Source of the DNA: Tubiluchus corallicola
Taxonomy: Eukaryota > Animalia > Priapulida
Length of the DNA: 64,000 nucleotides
Direction: 5' to 3'
NCBI GenBank assembly: GCA_030141605.1
Contig: JAQGDQ010000560.1
Location: 62,001 to 126,000, forward strand
The translations under genes were made by a program, and so were the position numbers. The notes under the pieces are model-generated. The model had not been told where the DNA came from and did not search any database. It saw only the letters and a program-made list of their open reading frames with translations. This document shows, piece by piece, positions 50,100 to 63,635 of this stretch. Within the stretch, counting starts at the first letter, position 1. Each line of letters opens with the position of its first letter.

Positions 50100-50634
50100 A
50101 GGAAGACCGGATGTTTGTTTAGACGCAATCTTCTTTTAATTTACTGTCCAAAATATACATTTTCTTGCCTATAAAAGTTAGCAATTGTTCCTTATATTTG
50201 AATAATTAGTTAATTAACGGCAACCAAACACAGCTATTGCTTGCGTCTGAAACTAACCACAGTTTGTGCAATGGCAGGCATCTTTCCTTGCGCGTCAAGG
50301 ACATTTGCATAAGTGTTACTGCTTAAAACGTGTGATGTCACGAAAATGAGCTCAACATTATATGACGTCAGAAACTAACACAAGCAGTTCATGATCATGG
50401 TTATCACGGTACCCCCTTCTATTCTTCAGCTAAGCGAATGTGACAAAAAGGTACTGTTGCCAATCTTATTAGATTCACTGAGCCGCGCATAGCTTTGGAA
50501 GTTTAACGAAATCTGAGTATCCGAGGTAATTAATATTTAATCTAAGCCTTGATTTAAAATAAGCTATTGTAGTTTTCAGTATTTTAGAGCATTCTTTATT
50601 CTGAATTAATGTTACACAAACATCCGGTTTTCCT
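50100..50634. mobile_element. Kolobok-like MITE
   Basis: TTAA TSD, TIR AGGAARACCGGATGTTTG; direct homolog at 53785-54330. Confidence 0.8.
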
Positions 50635-50944
50635 TTAATGTAGGTTCAGTGTAAATTTTATAACGTTTATAAGTTTAATATACCGTTTTCATCTCAGCAA
50701 TGAAGTCCTGTTTTTGCCTTTTTACTATTTTATAGATTTATTTATTCATTTTGATTTATTTATTCGTCCATTTAGCACATACAAAAATAAAAGTTATAAA
50801 ATTACTAATAAACAATGCATTGCCGTACTATGAGCAGAAGAAATTAACTTATGAGCTAAGATCAACATGCATAAGACTAAATTAATGACAAATAAACAAC
50901 AACAACAAATATGTTAAATGGAGCGAAGCAAACAGATGCGAGAA

Positions 50945-51105
50945 AACGATAATGACTACATTGATGGTGATGATGATGACAGCGATGGTGACATTAATGC
51001 TGATGAGAATGGTGATAGTGATGACGACCATGGTGATATTAATGCTGATCACAATGGTGATGGTGATGACAATGATAATGAATTGATGCTAATGCTGATA
51101 ATGCT
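50945..51105. repeat. Degenerate (GAT)n microsatellite
   Basis: Direct observation; explains the Asp-rich ORF. Confidence 0.85.
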
Positions 51106-52617
51106 TCGTTAGAATAAACCTTCATCATAATGGACTAACTATGGATGAAGGTAGTTCACAATAAGAAAGTCATATGCATACATGACTGTTTACGTATAAA
51201 ATAATGTGGAAGTTGTAGCCTCTGAAATTCAAAGGGGGGTCTTCTGCCCCACTCGCTGCACCAGAAGGCACTGACACTACAGGACTACAATAATGATTAC
51301 CGCATTATTTTAATGTGTACAGTAAATGCAGGTTAAACGGCATAGCAGTTTTAATGGAGTGGCATTTGAGGTTGAGCCCCTTTCGAAAATCTGCGCACAT
51401 CACTGGAAGAGACAACAGTAATTACAGTCAACCTCGAGTATAAGGTACTTGCTTATAATTAATAATGACCACGCAGTAACTAGGCTAACAGTGTTTCTAA
51501 TACACCACAGGTAATTGCTTAATCTGCTCTCTACATAAACAACCATGAATTTGCAGGGACAAAACTATTAGCCTAGGGCGTGGTGGTAATAATAATAATA
51601 ATAATAATAATAACAACAACAACAACAACAATAATAATAGAATAATAGTAATATTATTCTCTTCTAAAGAACTTCGTGCCAATTTCTAAAAATTTAATTT
51701 TGCAAAAAAGGACTCGTCCCTTCAGATGGGTCATACCACAAGCTTCTCGGAGCTCGCTACTCCATGCAGCATTTTATGGTATACTGTACAGCCATATAAC
51801 TAATCATACAATATCTACCATCTATCGGCTATCGTACTTAGTATTGTGCGTACTCTACAGTTCCATCCGATGGAGGTGTGTCTACCAAGAGCCCTGTGGT
51901 ATGACCAGTTATTCTCTCAGAGATGCCATCCCCACTTATTACAGAAGCAAAAACTTATTTATATATAAACTTACTTTCCTCAAACAGTTTGTGGTACGTT
52001 AGAATTGTTTATCATTGTTTTCTACACGCATTTGAAACTTTATTCACGTGGCGACATCTCTTGGTTACGAGTTACATATGAACTCACGATTCCAGAACTG
52101 TTTGTGGTGCGTTACAGTAGCTTAGTATTGGTTGCTACGTATTTTGAAATTTTATTCGTGTGGCGACATCTCTGAGTTAAAGTTCTATTTGTGCGCGCAT
52201 TGGTAAGGCTTTCTGCTAAGTGATGACGTCATTTGTTTTGGTAGCGCAACAAGTAAGGTCTTGGTCTGCAGATCGCATGGTTACGAGTTCAAATCTCGCG
52301 AAAAGTGTATTTTAAAAATTCGTTAACAGTTAGTGAAACTTTGTTTTCTATAATACCAGTCATGTTAATTGTGTCCCCATTTATTGAAATAAATAAATAA
52401 AAAAAATTCAAAATAAATCAATCGAATAAACCTGTAATTACAGACTGGTATTTACTGACATTTAATTATTAAAACACCAACGTGGTTTATTACGTGCAGA
52501 GAGCCAATTGTTTTATTAAGAGGTTCAAAAACTGTTCTGCTGGTGTGAAGGAGAAGACTTTTTCTACGATTTGGTACACAATTTTATTGCAATAGTCTCT
52601 GGTTTAATCACGGAAAC

Positions 52618-53690
52618 TTAGCAATACTTGTGAGAATGTGATAGCTTTGCTAAGTTTGAGCGATACTTGTGAGAATGTGATAGCTTTGCTAGGTTTTAGC
52701 AATACTTGTGAGAATGTGATAGCTTTGCTAGGTTTCAGCAATACTTGCGAGAATGTGATAGCTTTGCTAAGTTTGAGCAATACTTATATATATATATAAT
52801 AATCTTTATTTGCCATTAAAAACATTGATAATCACTGATAAAAACTTTATAGAGATAATCAATCAGTGTTAGTTAATAAAAACTTACACTGCTGAAGGCA
52901 AATGCGTCAGTGCAATCTAAACTACTGTGCAGTAATGACGAATAAAATCAAACATATTTACAACTATACACAAAAAAATATAAAAAAAACTATGATTTAA
53001 TTTATATGGCCGTGGGTATATGAATTCGGAATTAGTGTGTATGTTGTCGTACTGGTGTGATGGTATTTCATATCTGGTTAATATTAGTGATTTTAATTTT
53101 GTTTTAAATGCTGATAGGGACTTGATTTGTTTAACCTGTAATGGTAGAGAATTCCAAAGTAAAATTGCTTGTTTGATTACAGAGTTCGTTCCATAGTGGG
53201 TATTTGTCCTAATTTGTTTTAGATTGAATGTTCTGGAATTAACGATAGGATTTGGAAAAAAGGTAAATCTGTTATTCTGGAATGGTTTGCTGATGTTGTT
53301 AATGTATTTAAATATAAAAAGCAGAGTAAAATATTCTTTGTGTGCTTCAATGATTGGGAATTTTAAAGTTTTTCTCAGGTTAGTTGTTGAAGCTTTGAAT
53401 TTTTGTCTACCTGCCTTGTGTTTGTATGAGTACCCAGCTATCAATCTCAACGCATAGTTTTGAAGGAGATTTAATTTTAAGTAATTTTCTCTTTTGGTTT
53501 TTTGAAGTAGCGTACATCCATATAAGAAGTGTGGTAGAACTAAAGTTTTATATATTAGTGTTTTAGTTTCACACTTGTGAGAATGTGATAGCTTTGCTAA
53601 GTTTGAGCGATACTTGTGAGAATGTGATAGCTTTGCTAAGTTAGAGCAATACTTGTGAGAATGTGATAGTTTTGCTAAGTTTGAGCAATG
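52618..53690. repeat. 39-bp minisatellite (AGCAATACTTGTGAGAATGTGATAGCTTTGCTAAGTTTG) split by a LINE
   Basis: Units at 52618-52785 and 53573-53690. Confidence 0.9.
52786..53572 (-). mobile_element. 5'-truncated L2/CR1-type LINE (ORF2 C-terminus + 3' UTR + tail)
   Basis: LVLPHFLYGC, LQNYALRLI, RTNTHYG, LWNSLP...SLSAFKTKLK motifs; AATAAA then (TA)n tail. Confidence 0.88.
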
Positions 53691-53784
53691 CTTTGATAAA
53701 ATAAATTGTTGTGTATTGTTACTTGTTTTTGTACCCCTTGCGAAACGTTATCTTCTGCCGTATATGTGTAGAGAACATTGTTAA

Positions 53785-54330
53785 AGGAAGACCGGACGAT
53801 TGTTTCGACTCAATCTCATTTTAATTTACTGTCCAAAATATACATTTTCTTGCCTATAAAAGTTAGCAATTGTTTCTTATATTTGAATAATTAGCTTAGG
53901 AAGTTAATTAACGATAACCGAACACAGCTATTGCTTACGTCAGAAACTAACCACAGTTTGTGGAATGGCAGGCGTCTTCCCTTGCGCATCAAGCACATTT
54001 GCATAAGTGTTACTGCTTAAAACGCGTGATGTCACGAAAATGAGCTCAACGTTATATGTCGTCAGAAACTAACACAGCAGTTCATGATCATGGTTATCAC
54101 AGTACAGCCTTCTATTTGTCGGCCACGCGAATGTGACGAAAAGGTGCTGTTACCAGTCTCAGTAGATTCACTGAGCCGCGTGTAGCTTGGAAAGTTTAAC
54201 GAAATTTGACTATCCGAGGCAATTGTCATTTATTCTGAGCTTTGATTTAAAAAAAAAGCTGTTGTAGTTTTCAATATTTTAGAGCATTCTTTATTCTTAA
54301 CTAGAGCTTACACAATCGTCAGGTTTTCTT
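53785..54330. mobile_element. Kolobok-like MITE
   Basis: TTAA TSD on both sides, TIRs, homolog of 50100-50634. Confidence 0.8.
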
Positions 54331-54494
54331 TTAATAATATTATTACTTTTATTATTAATATATATGATGAATAATACAATTATAACTGCCTCGTGGTGCA
54401 TCAAGCTCGCTCCTGTAAGTCATGCATTGCAATACTACATATGGGCAAAACTAACTGATTGTCCAATCCTTATGGTGTTTAGCAAACAAACGGT

Positions 54495-55423
54495 AACCGA
54501 ATTGTAACTGTGGATTTCGATTTGAGTCTGTTGAACACTTTTTGTTGCACTGCCCATTGTATCAACAAACTAGGGTTGTTATGTTTGATAAACTAAATGA
54601 AATACTTCTGCACGAAAACCTTAATATAGCTGCCTCAGGAACTAATGATCTGTTGAAGTTGTTATTATTCGGAAAAGATGAATTTAACTATGTTGTTAAC
54701 TGTAAAATATTCCAATGCATACGTGACTTTATATTACGTACTAAACGCTTTCAGTAGTTTCTATCTGATATGAAATGCATCAGTCTTAAATATTCGTACA
54801 TTTATATTTTCTAACCGTCATTTTTTACTAATGTCTAATGTAATCTTGTAGTAAAACTTGTCAGCTTGTGTAATTATAGTCTATTCTTACTGTAAATGTT
54901 TTTGCAAATAGTGTATAAAGTCTGTTGTGGTGAGGATCCTAAATCATGTTGTTCATACTGTCTGATCCAATCCTATTGTTGCAGGTGCAAATGTTTTGGT
55001 CCATTAACCTTTCTCAAGGTAGTATATGCATTGGAAGCCACAATATATTAGACTGTAGCTCAACAAGCTAGACTACTTTTTCTACTCTGACATTGTATAG
55101 GTGGAACTTGTTATGTACACACGTCTTTGTTACATTTTAAAATTTGACTTATAATTATACTGCTACCTTTTACTGACATTCTGGCTTTTCCTCGACTCAA
55201 TATTGGACAAACAATGTATGTATGCATTTTAGCATTTTAGTGTAACGTAGTAATCTGTAGCACTTATTTTCTAGCACTTTTATTTCAGTATATTTGTAGA
55301 TGTAGTAATTGTAGACTACAGAAAATTTGTATTTTTGCAGAATAAACTAACATAGATATGGGAACGCAACTTTGGTTTGAGTGTATACATTACACCTATA
55401 ATAAATTATGTTTAAACTAACAA
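54495..55423 (+). mobile_element. LINE 3' fragment (ORF2 C-terminal zinc-knuckle region + 3' UTR)
   Basis: CNCGFRFESVEHFLLHCPLY...LLFG...FILRTKRF motif of non-LTR retrotransposon ORF2. Confidence 0.82.
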
Positions 55424-56519
55424 ACAGTTGTGCTTACCTAGAACAAATGATACAACATAAGATTCCAGCAAATTGTTTATTATTATCATTATTATCATAG
55501 AGTATTACACACCCATATAGCTACTTAGCAATGTGGCTTCTACAGTCCCTGCATAAATTAAACCAAATCTCGCGGCACAAAATTACTATTTAACGTACGC
55601 AATTCTACAACACACTGCCATGGCAATAGCTTAACTAAGCATTTATTACACACATTTCTAACTTTTGCGTTACAGACATGCCGTCTGCATTATCAGTCAA
55701 ACAAAAGTACAAAGACTTAATGCAATTTTGTATAAAACGTCATATAATAACGTTCATTGTTGACACCGAAATTAATCATAATTATATACAAGACATTAGC
55801 ATTCGAAAATTTTATTAATGACAATTTTACATAATTACCAAGTTATTTTGTCGTCTCACTCATATACTGATAGTGACATCCATGACACAAATTTAACGTG
55901 TAGTAAGAACAAAACATATTACATTTGTTTACTTACTGTAACATAATTATTTTAAGTAATTTTATGTAAACGGGAACTGCTTTCGTACTATGCTAGGCTC
56001 GTTCATCGAAGCATGTAAATTCTATTCACCAAGGACGTAAAAAGGAAATTGTCCTCGGTTGCATATGCCTGGCAGTTTAGCATTGGCACTAATGAATAAT
56101 TAAACACACAGATGCTAGCCTACCGTTCGCTAATGCACAAAATATTAAGCATTTTAAAATCAAGAAAAATCGTAAAATAAAAACAATACAACAGTATAAA
56201 GACAAACAAAGTTTACATTCAAAAATTATCACCTATCTTAGTCTCCATGGTAACCGCAGAGATCAAAGTGAACACAGCGAAGATGAAAATTTCATTAACC
56301 TTCATTTAAACTATTATTTCAATGCATCCACATACAATAAAATTGTCGAATAAGTAGAAATAAATGGTTATCATTTATGATCAAAGATAAACAGTCATTG
56401 TCAGAAAAATGTACAAATAGTGTGCATATAATGAAAGCTGCTCTAGCTTTAGACAACCTTGAGAAAAAGATTAAATATACAGAAATACATGAACAAATCT
56501 CATTGTCGTAAACACGATG

Positions 56520-57013
56520 CAGTAGTACCTCCGTTTTCGACAGAGAACCGAATGTGTGGTTGAGAACCGAATCATTTATTCCGATAAGAAATAATGTAAA
56601 AGCACATAATCCGTTCTCAAGCACCAAATGAACTGTAAAGTATTAATAAAACGAAATATGATAATGCAAAAATGTTTATTCGAACAGTAGATATGATATA
56701 ATTGATAAGAAAAACATAATAGAGATACTTTGAAAGAAAAACATAATTTAGGCACTGCATAAAAAGCGGAGAAAAATAAGCGTAGAAAGCACTTAGCGAT
56801 GTTAGGCGATTCAAATCTTGTGCATGACTACTCTTGGGCGTGGTCCGTTACGCTCGGCTCTACTCGGCTCGCCGCGCAAGTGTTCATCACGTGTTTGGCG
56901 GTTAGTCGAGTACGGAAATTCTGGTCGAGAACGGAGACAATTTCAGCTCAAATTTTCTGGTCGAAAACCGATTTGTACGAGTACAGAGACGGTCGACAAA
57001 GGAGGTATGACTG
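56520..57013. mobile_element. pogo/Tc1-like MITE (same family as 49226-49729)
   Basis: TIRs and full-length homology. Confidence 0.85.
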
Positions 57014-58466
57014 TATTAAATTTGCCGAATTACCACGTTTGTTTACCAAAACGCGGCGTGAACAGCTTTCGATCAATTAGCGAAAAACATTCTTGTTATA
57101 ACAAGTAAATAAAGCAATGATTGAATTGAAACAGGAAGTTACCATCAGGCATCGGTTACTACAATCACGTCAAAGCACTATAACAGTTGCCATATCCGTT
57201 ACCGTACTCGTGCATGATAACTATACAGTCATAGCTTGGCCACGTTAAGTTAAACTCTACTAAATGTTAAAAGGGCACCAGTAGGCACCGCTTTTTCCTT
57301 TTTGTCACTAGATGTCACCTCGCTATCCATAATATATTATTACTAGGATTGTTTACAGTACTGCTGGTGCCATCTATTAAAACTGTTACAGAACTAAAAG
57401 GTGCAACAGCACATTTAACTTGATACATAGTGCGGATAATCTCAGTGTAAAATTTCATGAAGTGATACAGCATAAACTAATTATAAAACTCACAACCTGG
57501 TTTATCAGCTGAGGATGAAAAAATACAAAAAAATTCAGGTACCAACATAAATTTTTAAGCGGACAAAAACGTGCCCGCACGGAGGTTTAATCGACTGAGA
57601 TGAGGAAGAAATTCCCTGTCAAACTTGTTAAAAAAATCATAAATACATAATTATTAAACAGCACAAATGATTATGTTACTATCTATATGCCTTCGTAAAA
57701 CAGATAAACGGGCGTCGGAAAAGTTCGGCTAAAATAACTTCACAAAACTAAGCAGAAAAGAATAAAGAAAGAGTTCCGGCCACGCTGAAAATAAACCGTT
57801 AAAATAAACTTCGGATATGAAATTAAAATTTAGCTGCATTTTACAGCTCTTAGTAAATTAGAAAAAGTACTACACGTGGCTCCATCTTTTATACGTCGAT
57901 GATAAAATTTACAATCTACTTCAATCTAGTGTCGGCCTCAAAGTGTTAAAACATGCGTGAGTAAAAAAACGGGTTATACAATTAAGTAATCAAGTCAAGA
58001 AACAGTAATCTTAAAGCTTCAATAATGCAAGAAATGCCACATATTACCTCATAACTGCAGACACTACTTGCAACTGTGTTTCTGCTACATTTGTGATTTC
58101 AAAAATACTCAAAATTTTCCTTCAGAGAATGTCTTAAACAGCAAACGGTTAAACTTGAGTTTCGTTCATCGATTACAGCAATATGTATATACATTTACAA
58201 AACTTTAAAAGTCTTGAGGCCATCCTTGGTACTGAAATAAATGGATGACGCAGAGAAACGGCACGAAGCCATCCTCGGTACTCGGTCCTGAAATAAACGA
58301 AAGAGGCAGAGAAACGGCAGCGGGAAAAGCAGGAAAAACGCTAATAACGGCTCGCAAATTCGTCGATACTTTACAATACGTGTCAAAGCATGTTCGACAA
58401 TTCATAGTTAAGTACACGTAGTAATAATAGCAGTAGCTTAAGACAAGAATAAATGCAGCTCGTTGC

Positions 58467-58580
58467 CTAGAACAGCCGTAGCCGTTTCTTGATCTCGTTA
58501 CGCTTCCACAGTGGCAGCTTGTAAAATTCTATGGGTTTCATCTTGAACAGACGCTGAAACTCTTCTAACGCTAAGTGACG
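58467..58580 (-). CDS. ABLIM: ABLIM-like terminal exon, villin headpiece (RHLALEEFQRLFKMKPIEFYKLPLWKRNEIKKRLRLF*)
   Basis: Clear villin headpiece motif; ttttgcag acceptor; TAG stop. Confidence 0.93.
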   Translation of the reverse strand, partial: RHLALEEFQRLFKMKPIEFYKLPLWKRNEIKKRLRLF

Positions 58581-59194
58581 CTGCAAAAGAAAGACAACAA
58601 AAACATCAAAATGTGGCAGCTACCTTCGCAAAAACAAAAACGAAAACAGTGCAAATCAACGAAGCCACGTTTTAGATGCTGCTGGTTTACGAGAAGCCTT
58701 CTAAGGCCAAGATCCAACATTACAGATTTTTTTAAACAATATGCCCTCAGCAATATACTCAACAGCGAGGCATCACACGTGTTTTGACAAAGAGCTAAAA
58801 TCTATTTACACTATCAAGCACAATCCTCTCTAAGATGAGCCACTGAACCAGTAGTTGTGTTTTAGCCACATTTGAATGTGTAGACATTCTCCTTCAATGA
58901 GGTAAACACCCACTGACAGTTTAGAGCAAATGGAACTGCCTAGAACAAGCACCGAACCAGGTGGTTGCCTATCTATTCATTGACCGGGCTCAACGTTGCT
59001 TCACTTGAGTCATTCAGCACACATTGTAACCATTTGACTATTCAACCCACTCAAGAAATTATACCAATGTCCATTCTAACTACATGACCGGCCTGCTGGA
59101 GTAGAAAACTATCAATACTGGTTTAATTTGCGATGTGCACTGAAGCAAGATGCACAATCTTAGAAATGAATAAACGCTTAAATAAATTCCGTAC

Positions 59195-59266
59195 CTCTAA
59201 GTGCCCTCTGTTGACATCTTCTGGAAGTTTCTTATTCGTCGTCAGCAGATCCTGGTAGGGATACAA
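59195..59266 (-). CDS. ABLIM: ABLIM-like exon (LYPYQDLLTTNKKLPEDVNRGHLE)
   Basis: Headpiece N-terminal YPY..L....LP.DV.R..LE motif; 72 nt. Confidence 0.93.
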
Positions 59267-59639
59267 CTATGGAGAAAAATACGAATCGGCTATAATGAAA
59301 GTCAACTTATACACATGTAAACACACTGACATACAAACAACACACGCGTCATTACATGCTGCTTGGATGTAAACAAAGTGACGGTCCGCCAACTAGGTGT
59401 CAGTTCACAAAATAATGGACTGTGTCCGTAGTATGCAAGAGTTTCAACGGACCAGATTTAGTCCAAATTTTCCGATATCCATAAAAGCGAGGTCCGGCAT
59501 CCTGAAGTATGAGTGTGTTTTCTGTTTTGTACGGAGCAAAATTATAATACGGCCTGAAATTATAGTACATTCTGATAATTATCGTACAAAAGGCAACCCT
59601 GTATACCCTAGTTGTGGTTCTCGGAGCTGCAAATAATGG

Positions 59640-60110
59640 AAGTAATAGATAGTGATGGAAATCGATTATCTTTTTCTTGTGTTTTGTTTCTCTCGGAAGG
59701 CTCGTAGAGAAAACCAGAAAACAGGTCGTCAAATTAAACTAGTTTATTATACGAGAATTCTACAACGCGAAAGTATGAAGGAATGCAAAATGTTTACAGT
59801 AAATGTGATAACCTGGAAACATGAAAGCGAGAAAGCATATCTGAGAATACAAGGAAACAAGAGAATAAACTCCAGTGGCCAGCTCCACCTTATATATCAG
59901 TGCAAATGAACCATCAGAAAGCACTACGCGCATCGCGTATAGAAAGTTCTCGAATCTTCTACAGGGTAAGAAGATTGTTCTACTATACTACAGAATATTC
60001 CAGATCTCTACAACACTTTTTATATACGAAAAATTGATTTTTTGTAGACTTTTGAATCAACACAAAACAAAATCGATTTTCTTATCTATTATCAAATTGA
60101 TAAAATAAAT
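59640..60110. mobile_element. Unclassified dispersed repeat (inverted homolog of 36038-36570)
   Basis: Reverse-complement homology. Confidence 0.75.
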
Positions 60111-60574
60111 GATTATCACCAAAGAAATTTGACACAATCGGAGTATCGATATCGAACTCGACGTGTCATTTTAGCAATTTGTGCGCCCTATCAATAATAA
60201 ACATATAGAGAACAACAGTTATCGTGTTATTAACTTCAAAACCTGGTAGCATTAATTATATGAAATGATGCTTCGCAGTTTGCACTGTCAGTGTGTACAA
60301 CGCTTGGAAAACAATTTTGTAAAATGCTCAACGAAATCGAAAACGCATTCAACTCGTTATCGTTCATCGAAATCGTATCGCAATTTTTGTTTCGACTCCC
60401 ATTACTAGCAATAGATAATAAGACAAAGCTTTCTTTAGTCAAAATTAAACTCTCGTTATCATGCTTTCATTAGTTTTTGCCCATCCTTTTCGGTTTTTAC
60501 CGTACTTGGGGGGGGGCGGCTGCTTAGATAATTCACTGGTCTCAAAGAACAGGTAGATTCCCGGCCCGACTCAC

Positions 60575-60708
60575 CTTCGGGGGTTCGTTCGTTATGTTCG
60601 GCAGAGACCGTCGGTGGTAGACCGCGTTGGGATATTTCCGATAGTCTTCGAAAACGTCACCGTTCTGCTGAGTAGGCCCATCAGTGAACACCTCCCCGTC
60701 CGAGGAAT
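60575..60708 (-). CDS. ABLIM: ABLIM-like exon (YSSDGEVF...RRSLPNITNEPPK)
   Basis: SLPN...PK motif preceding the headpiece in abLIM proteins; AG/GTGAGT. Confidence 0.88.
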
Positions 60709-61873
60709 CTGCAAAGTATTGATTTTTAACAAATAAGATCGCGGACGAGTAAAATCTAATCGTGGCGACGCCAGTAACTACAAAGCAAAGGCGTTAATAA
60801 CTGGACCTGCTTAACAAACACAGTTGGCCACCGACTTACGACCTATGCAACTTACGACTATTAGACCTCATGACTTAGTTAATTAATTATACAAAAATAA
60901 TTATAACTCAGATTTTCAGTTTTTTAAACAAAATCAACTTTAAATTGCCATCAATTTCGATAAATTCATTGTAAGTGCCGTCACACACAGCGTACACACA
61001 CACATCACTTGAATATCGGATGTGCGAGAACTGGTTGTGGTCATAAGTCGATGATTACCTGTGTACTCAAGAACAAGTAATTTGTCAGAAACAAATTTCC
61101 GAGTAGCAAATTAAATATTTGCCTCGTGTAAATAACTTTATAAAGAAGCTACAAGATCATGTATAAATAACTTCTGTGGTTTCATTGTGTACGTGCGTAA
61201 ATAGAAAACTTGACTTAATGTGTTGAATGAATAAAGCCTGGTATAAAGTCCGTGGCAGAATTTAAGACATTCGGAGAAACCTGATCCGTCATAAAGTAGA
61301 TGGCACAGGTTTCTCCCTAAATGCTAGAGGGAACATAGTTTTTTTCCCCCACAAATAAGTGCACTGTAGGAAAGGGGCATAGTTTATCGCCATTATAGGG
61401 AATACCAGTTTTCCCAAAATGATATATTAAAATTGTAAACTATTATTGTTGTGACGTCTACTAATATCTTTACTTCAACTCTTTTTCGTAGGATTATTAT
61501 TGCAAATTGTACATTCTGATGAGTGGAATAATTAAATAATTGTAAATAAGTACATCATGATATTTTAATTTACTGTTTATTCGTTTCATTCACTATGTAC
61601 CGGAATCACCAAACTGGACAACAGATATTAATGATAAACCTTTTTGAGGACAATCTTTTAGGTACATTTAGCTTCTTACAAGGCCTCTCAATTCTTATCT
61701 GAAATCTTATCTGATCAGAAAACAAACAAACGAACCAAAAATTAAAATCAAGTTTACGACGATGCGATTCCAGACTTTAGTCTCATGCCCAAAAGCACTG
61801 TGCAAAATTTGCTTTTAAAGCTGACGACTTTTACAATTATCTAATGAGAAAACAGAAGAAAAGAGGAACTTAC

Positions 61874-61922
61874 AGCCAGACCGAGTGCTTCTGCTTTCTC
61901 CGTAGCTTCCAAATGTACGATT
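61874..61922 (-). CDS. ABLIM: ABLIM-like exon (NRTFGSYGESRSTRSG)
   Basis: AG/GTAAGT, 49 nt, phases fit. Confidence 0.8.
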
Positions 61923-62154
61923 CTGTTAAAAAATACACAAACTGGTATAAATTCATGTTCCAACATCTAACAGCTACACTGCATACAGTATAGAGCCATT
62001 CCTCTTGCATTATTTAAAGGAAAACACAACACAATTTTAAACCGTAGCACAACGTATAAAATATTGGAGGGGAAGATTTTGTGTTTTAAAAATGGCTTAT
62101 ATGAAAACAATTACAATGCGAAAACGAAATTTACCTAGGTAGTCCATCTGTATG

Positions 62155-62365
62155 TGGGTGTACCTAATGGGAGCAAGGGTGGTGTGGCTAACAGGAGCAA
62201 AGGGGGCATAGCTAATAGGAGCAAAGGGGGCATAGCATGTGTCAGCAAGGGGCGTAGCTAATGAAAACAAAGGAGGCGTAGCTAATAGGAGCAAAGGGGG
62301 CATAGCTAATGTGGGCAAGGGGCATAGCTAATGGGAGCAAGGGGGCACAGCTAATGGGAGCAATA
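62155..62365. repeat. About 24-bp tandem repeat GGGGCATAGCTAATAGGAGCAAA
   Basis: About 8 degenerate copies. Confidence 0.85.
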
Positions 62366-62482
62366 TTTAAAGATGATTCACGTTTAATCTTAACTTTCAA
62401 CTGGTCTAAATTTAAATCTAAACTTCCTACACCCTTCACTTATAAATATTAAAAATAGATGTAATAGAAGCGAGAAACTTAC

Positions 62483-62541
62483 AAGAACTCCACCTGGAAG
62501 TGTTGCTGATTTAGGAGACAATCCTCTACCTGGAAGGGGTT
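62483..62541 (-). CDS. ABLIM: ABLIM-like exon (EPLPGRGLSPKSATLPGGVL)
   Basis: KSATLPG resembles abLIM KTxSLPG; AG/GTAAGT. Confidence 0.82.
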
Positions 62542-63169
62542 CTGAAACAACAAAATTTATCAAGTAATTCATCAATATTGTGAGTCTATGGTTGCTTATG
62601 TAATGAACATATTAAACAATTACCTGTGGTGTATTAGAAACACTATTAACCTAGTTTCTATGTGGTCATTATTAATTACATATATTTGCATAGTGCTTAT
62701 ATTCGAGTAGGCCATACAACTGCTTGTTTTGTAATAACCTGCACTTGTTCATTATATGTCACTTATATAAAAGTTGCGCTCAGTAACTGCCTGTGGTGTG
62801 TTAGAAAATGTGCCTTTTACAAGAATATGAAAGCATGCACATTTTCCGAGGAGAATAAGAATTTTTCCTAAAATGTGACGCCCTCAAACTTTGGCGCGCT
62901 AGACTATAGCCTAATTAGTTCATTGTTTAATACGCCCCTGTCAACTTCGCATTCTTGCAATGAAACTTGACGGTGCATCGAGACTCGAGAGATCTGAATA
63001 GCTTATTGGGACAGCTACACGGCCAACAGTGAATAGCTAAATTTCATCTAAAAACAGTGTCGGCCCGTAGCTAAGATTAGTGTTAACGCGGCTTCGGAAA
63101 ATGTTTAGCTACTGTTTTATTTCTAGGGGGTGCAAGGAGGCCACGGTTAAATTATTTAAATTTTCTGTA

Positions 63170-63560
63170 AAATCAAAGCACCAAAAATGAATTAAATAGA
63201 ATAGCTGGAAGTGAGATAATCATCTAATTCTACACTTAAGAAAGAGGTACATGGTTTTCAAGTACATCACACGCTGAGTCAAAAACAAACGCTAATTTCA
63301 TAACAGAGTCGGTACTGCATGAGCGACAGCACTTTCTCTACCTATCGTGCACAGCTTCTCATCTCGGACATGTGCGCATGGCCACAACAGCCAAACACCA
63401 CATTGATGGAACTGCGAAGCGCACAGTTCCGTCACGTGCTCAGGTTCCGCACAAGGATTTACAAGTATAAAGCAAGAATTAAAGAAATAGACTCGTTATA
63501 TTGAATGTTATCTAGTCAAAATAGGGGGTGCTGCAGTTCCACAGTACCTATACACGAGCC
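63170..63560. mobile_element. hAT-like MITE, CAGTGG family (partial)
   Basis: AAAATAGGGGGTGCTGCAGTTCCACAGTACC shared with the 21890 and 13040 copies. Confidence 0.7.
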
Positions 63561-63635
63561 ATCAAAAAACATTTTCAGCAATGCTTAATTACAGCAGTAC
63601 AACTCACTACACTCATCAATGATTTGGATACTTAC

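Noticed and set aside
50918-51112. Acidic Asp-rich ORF as a gene
   Set aside because: Degenerate (GAT)n repeat with no splice or homology support
52917-53450. 177-aa ORF as a host gene
   Set aside because: Motifs identify a LINE ORF2 C-terminus
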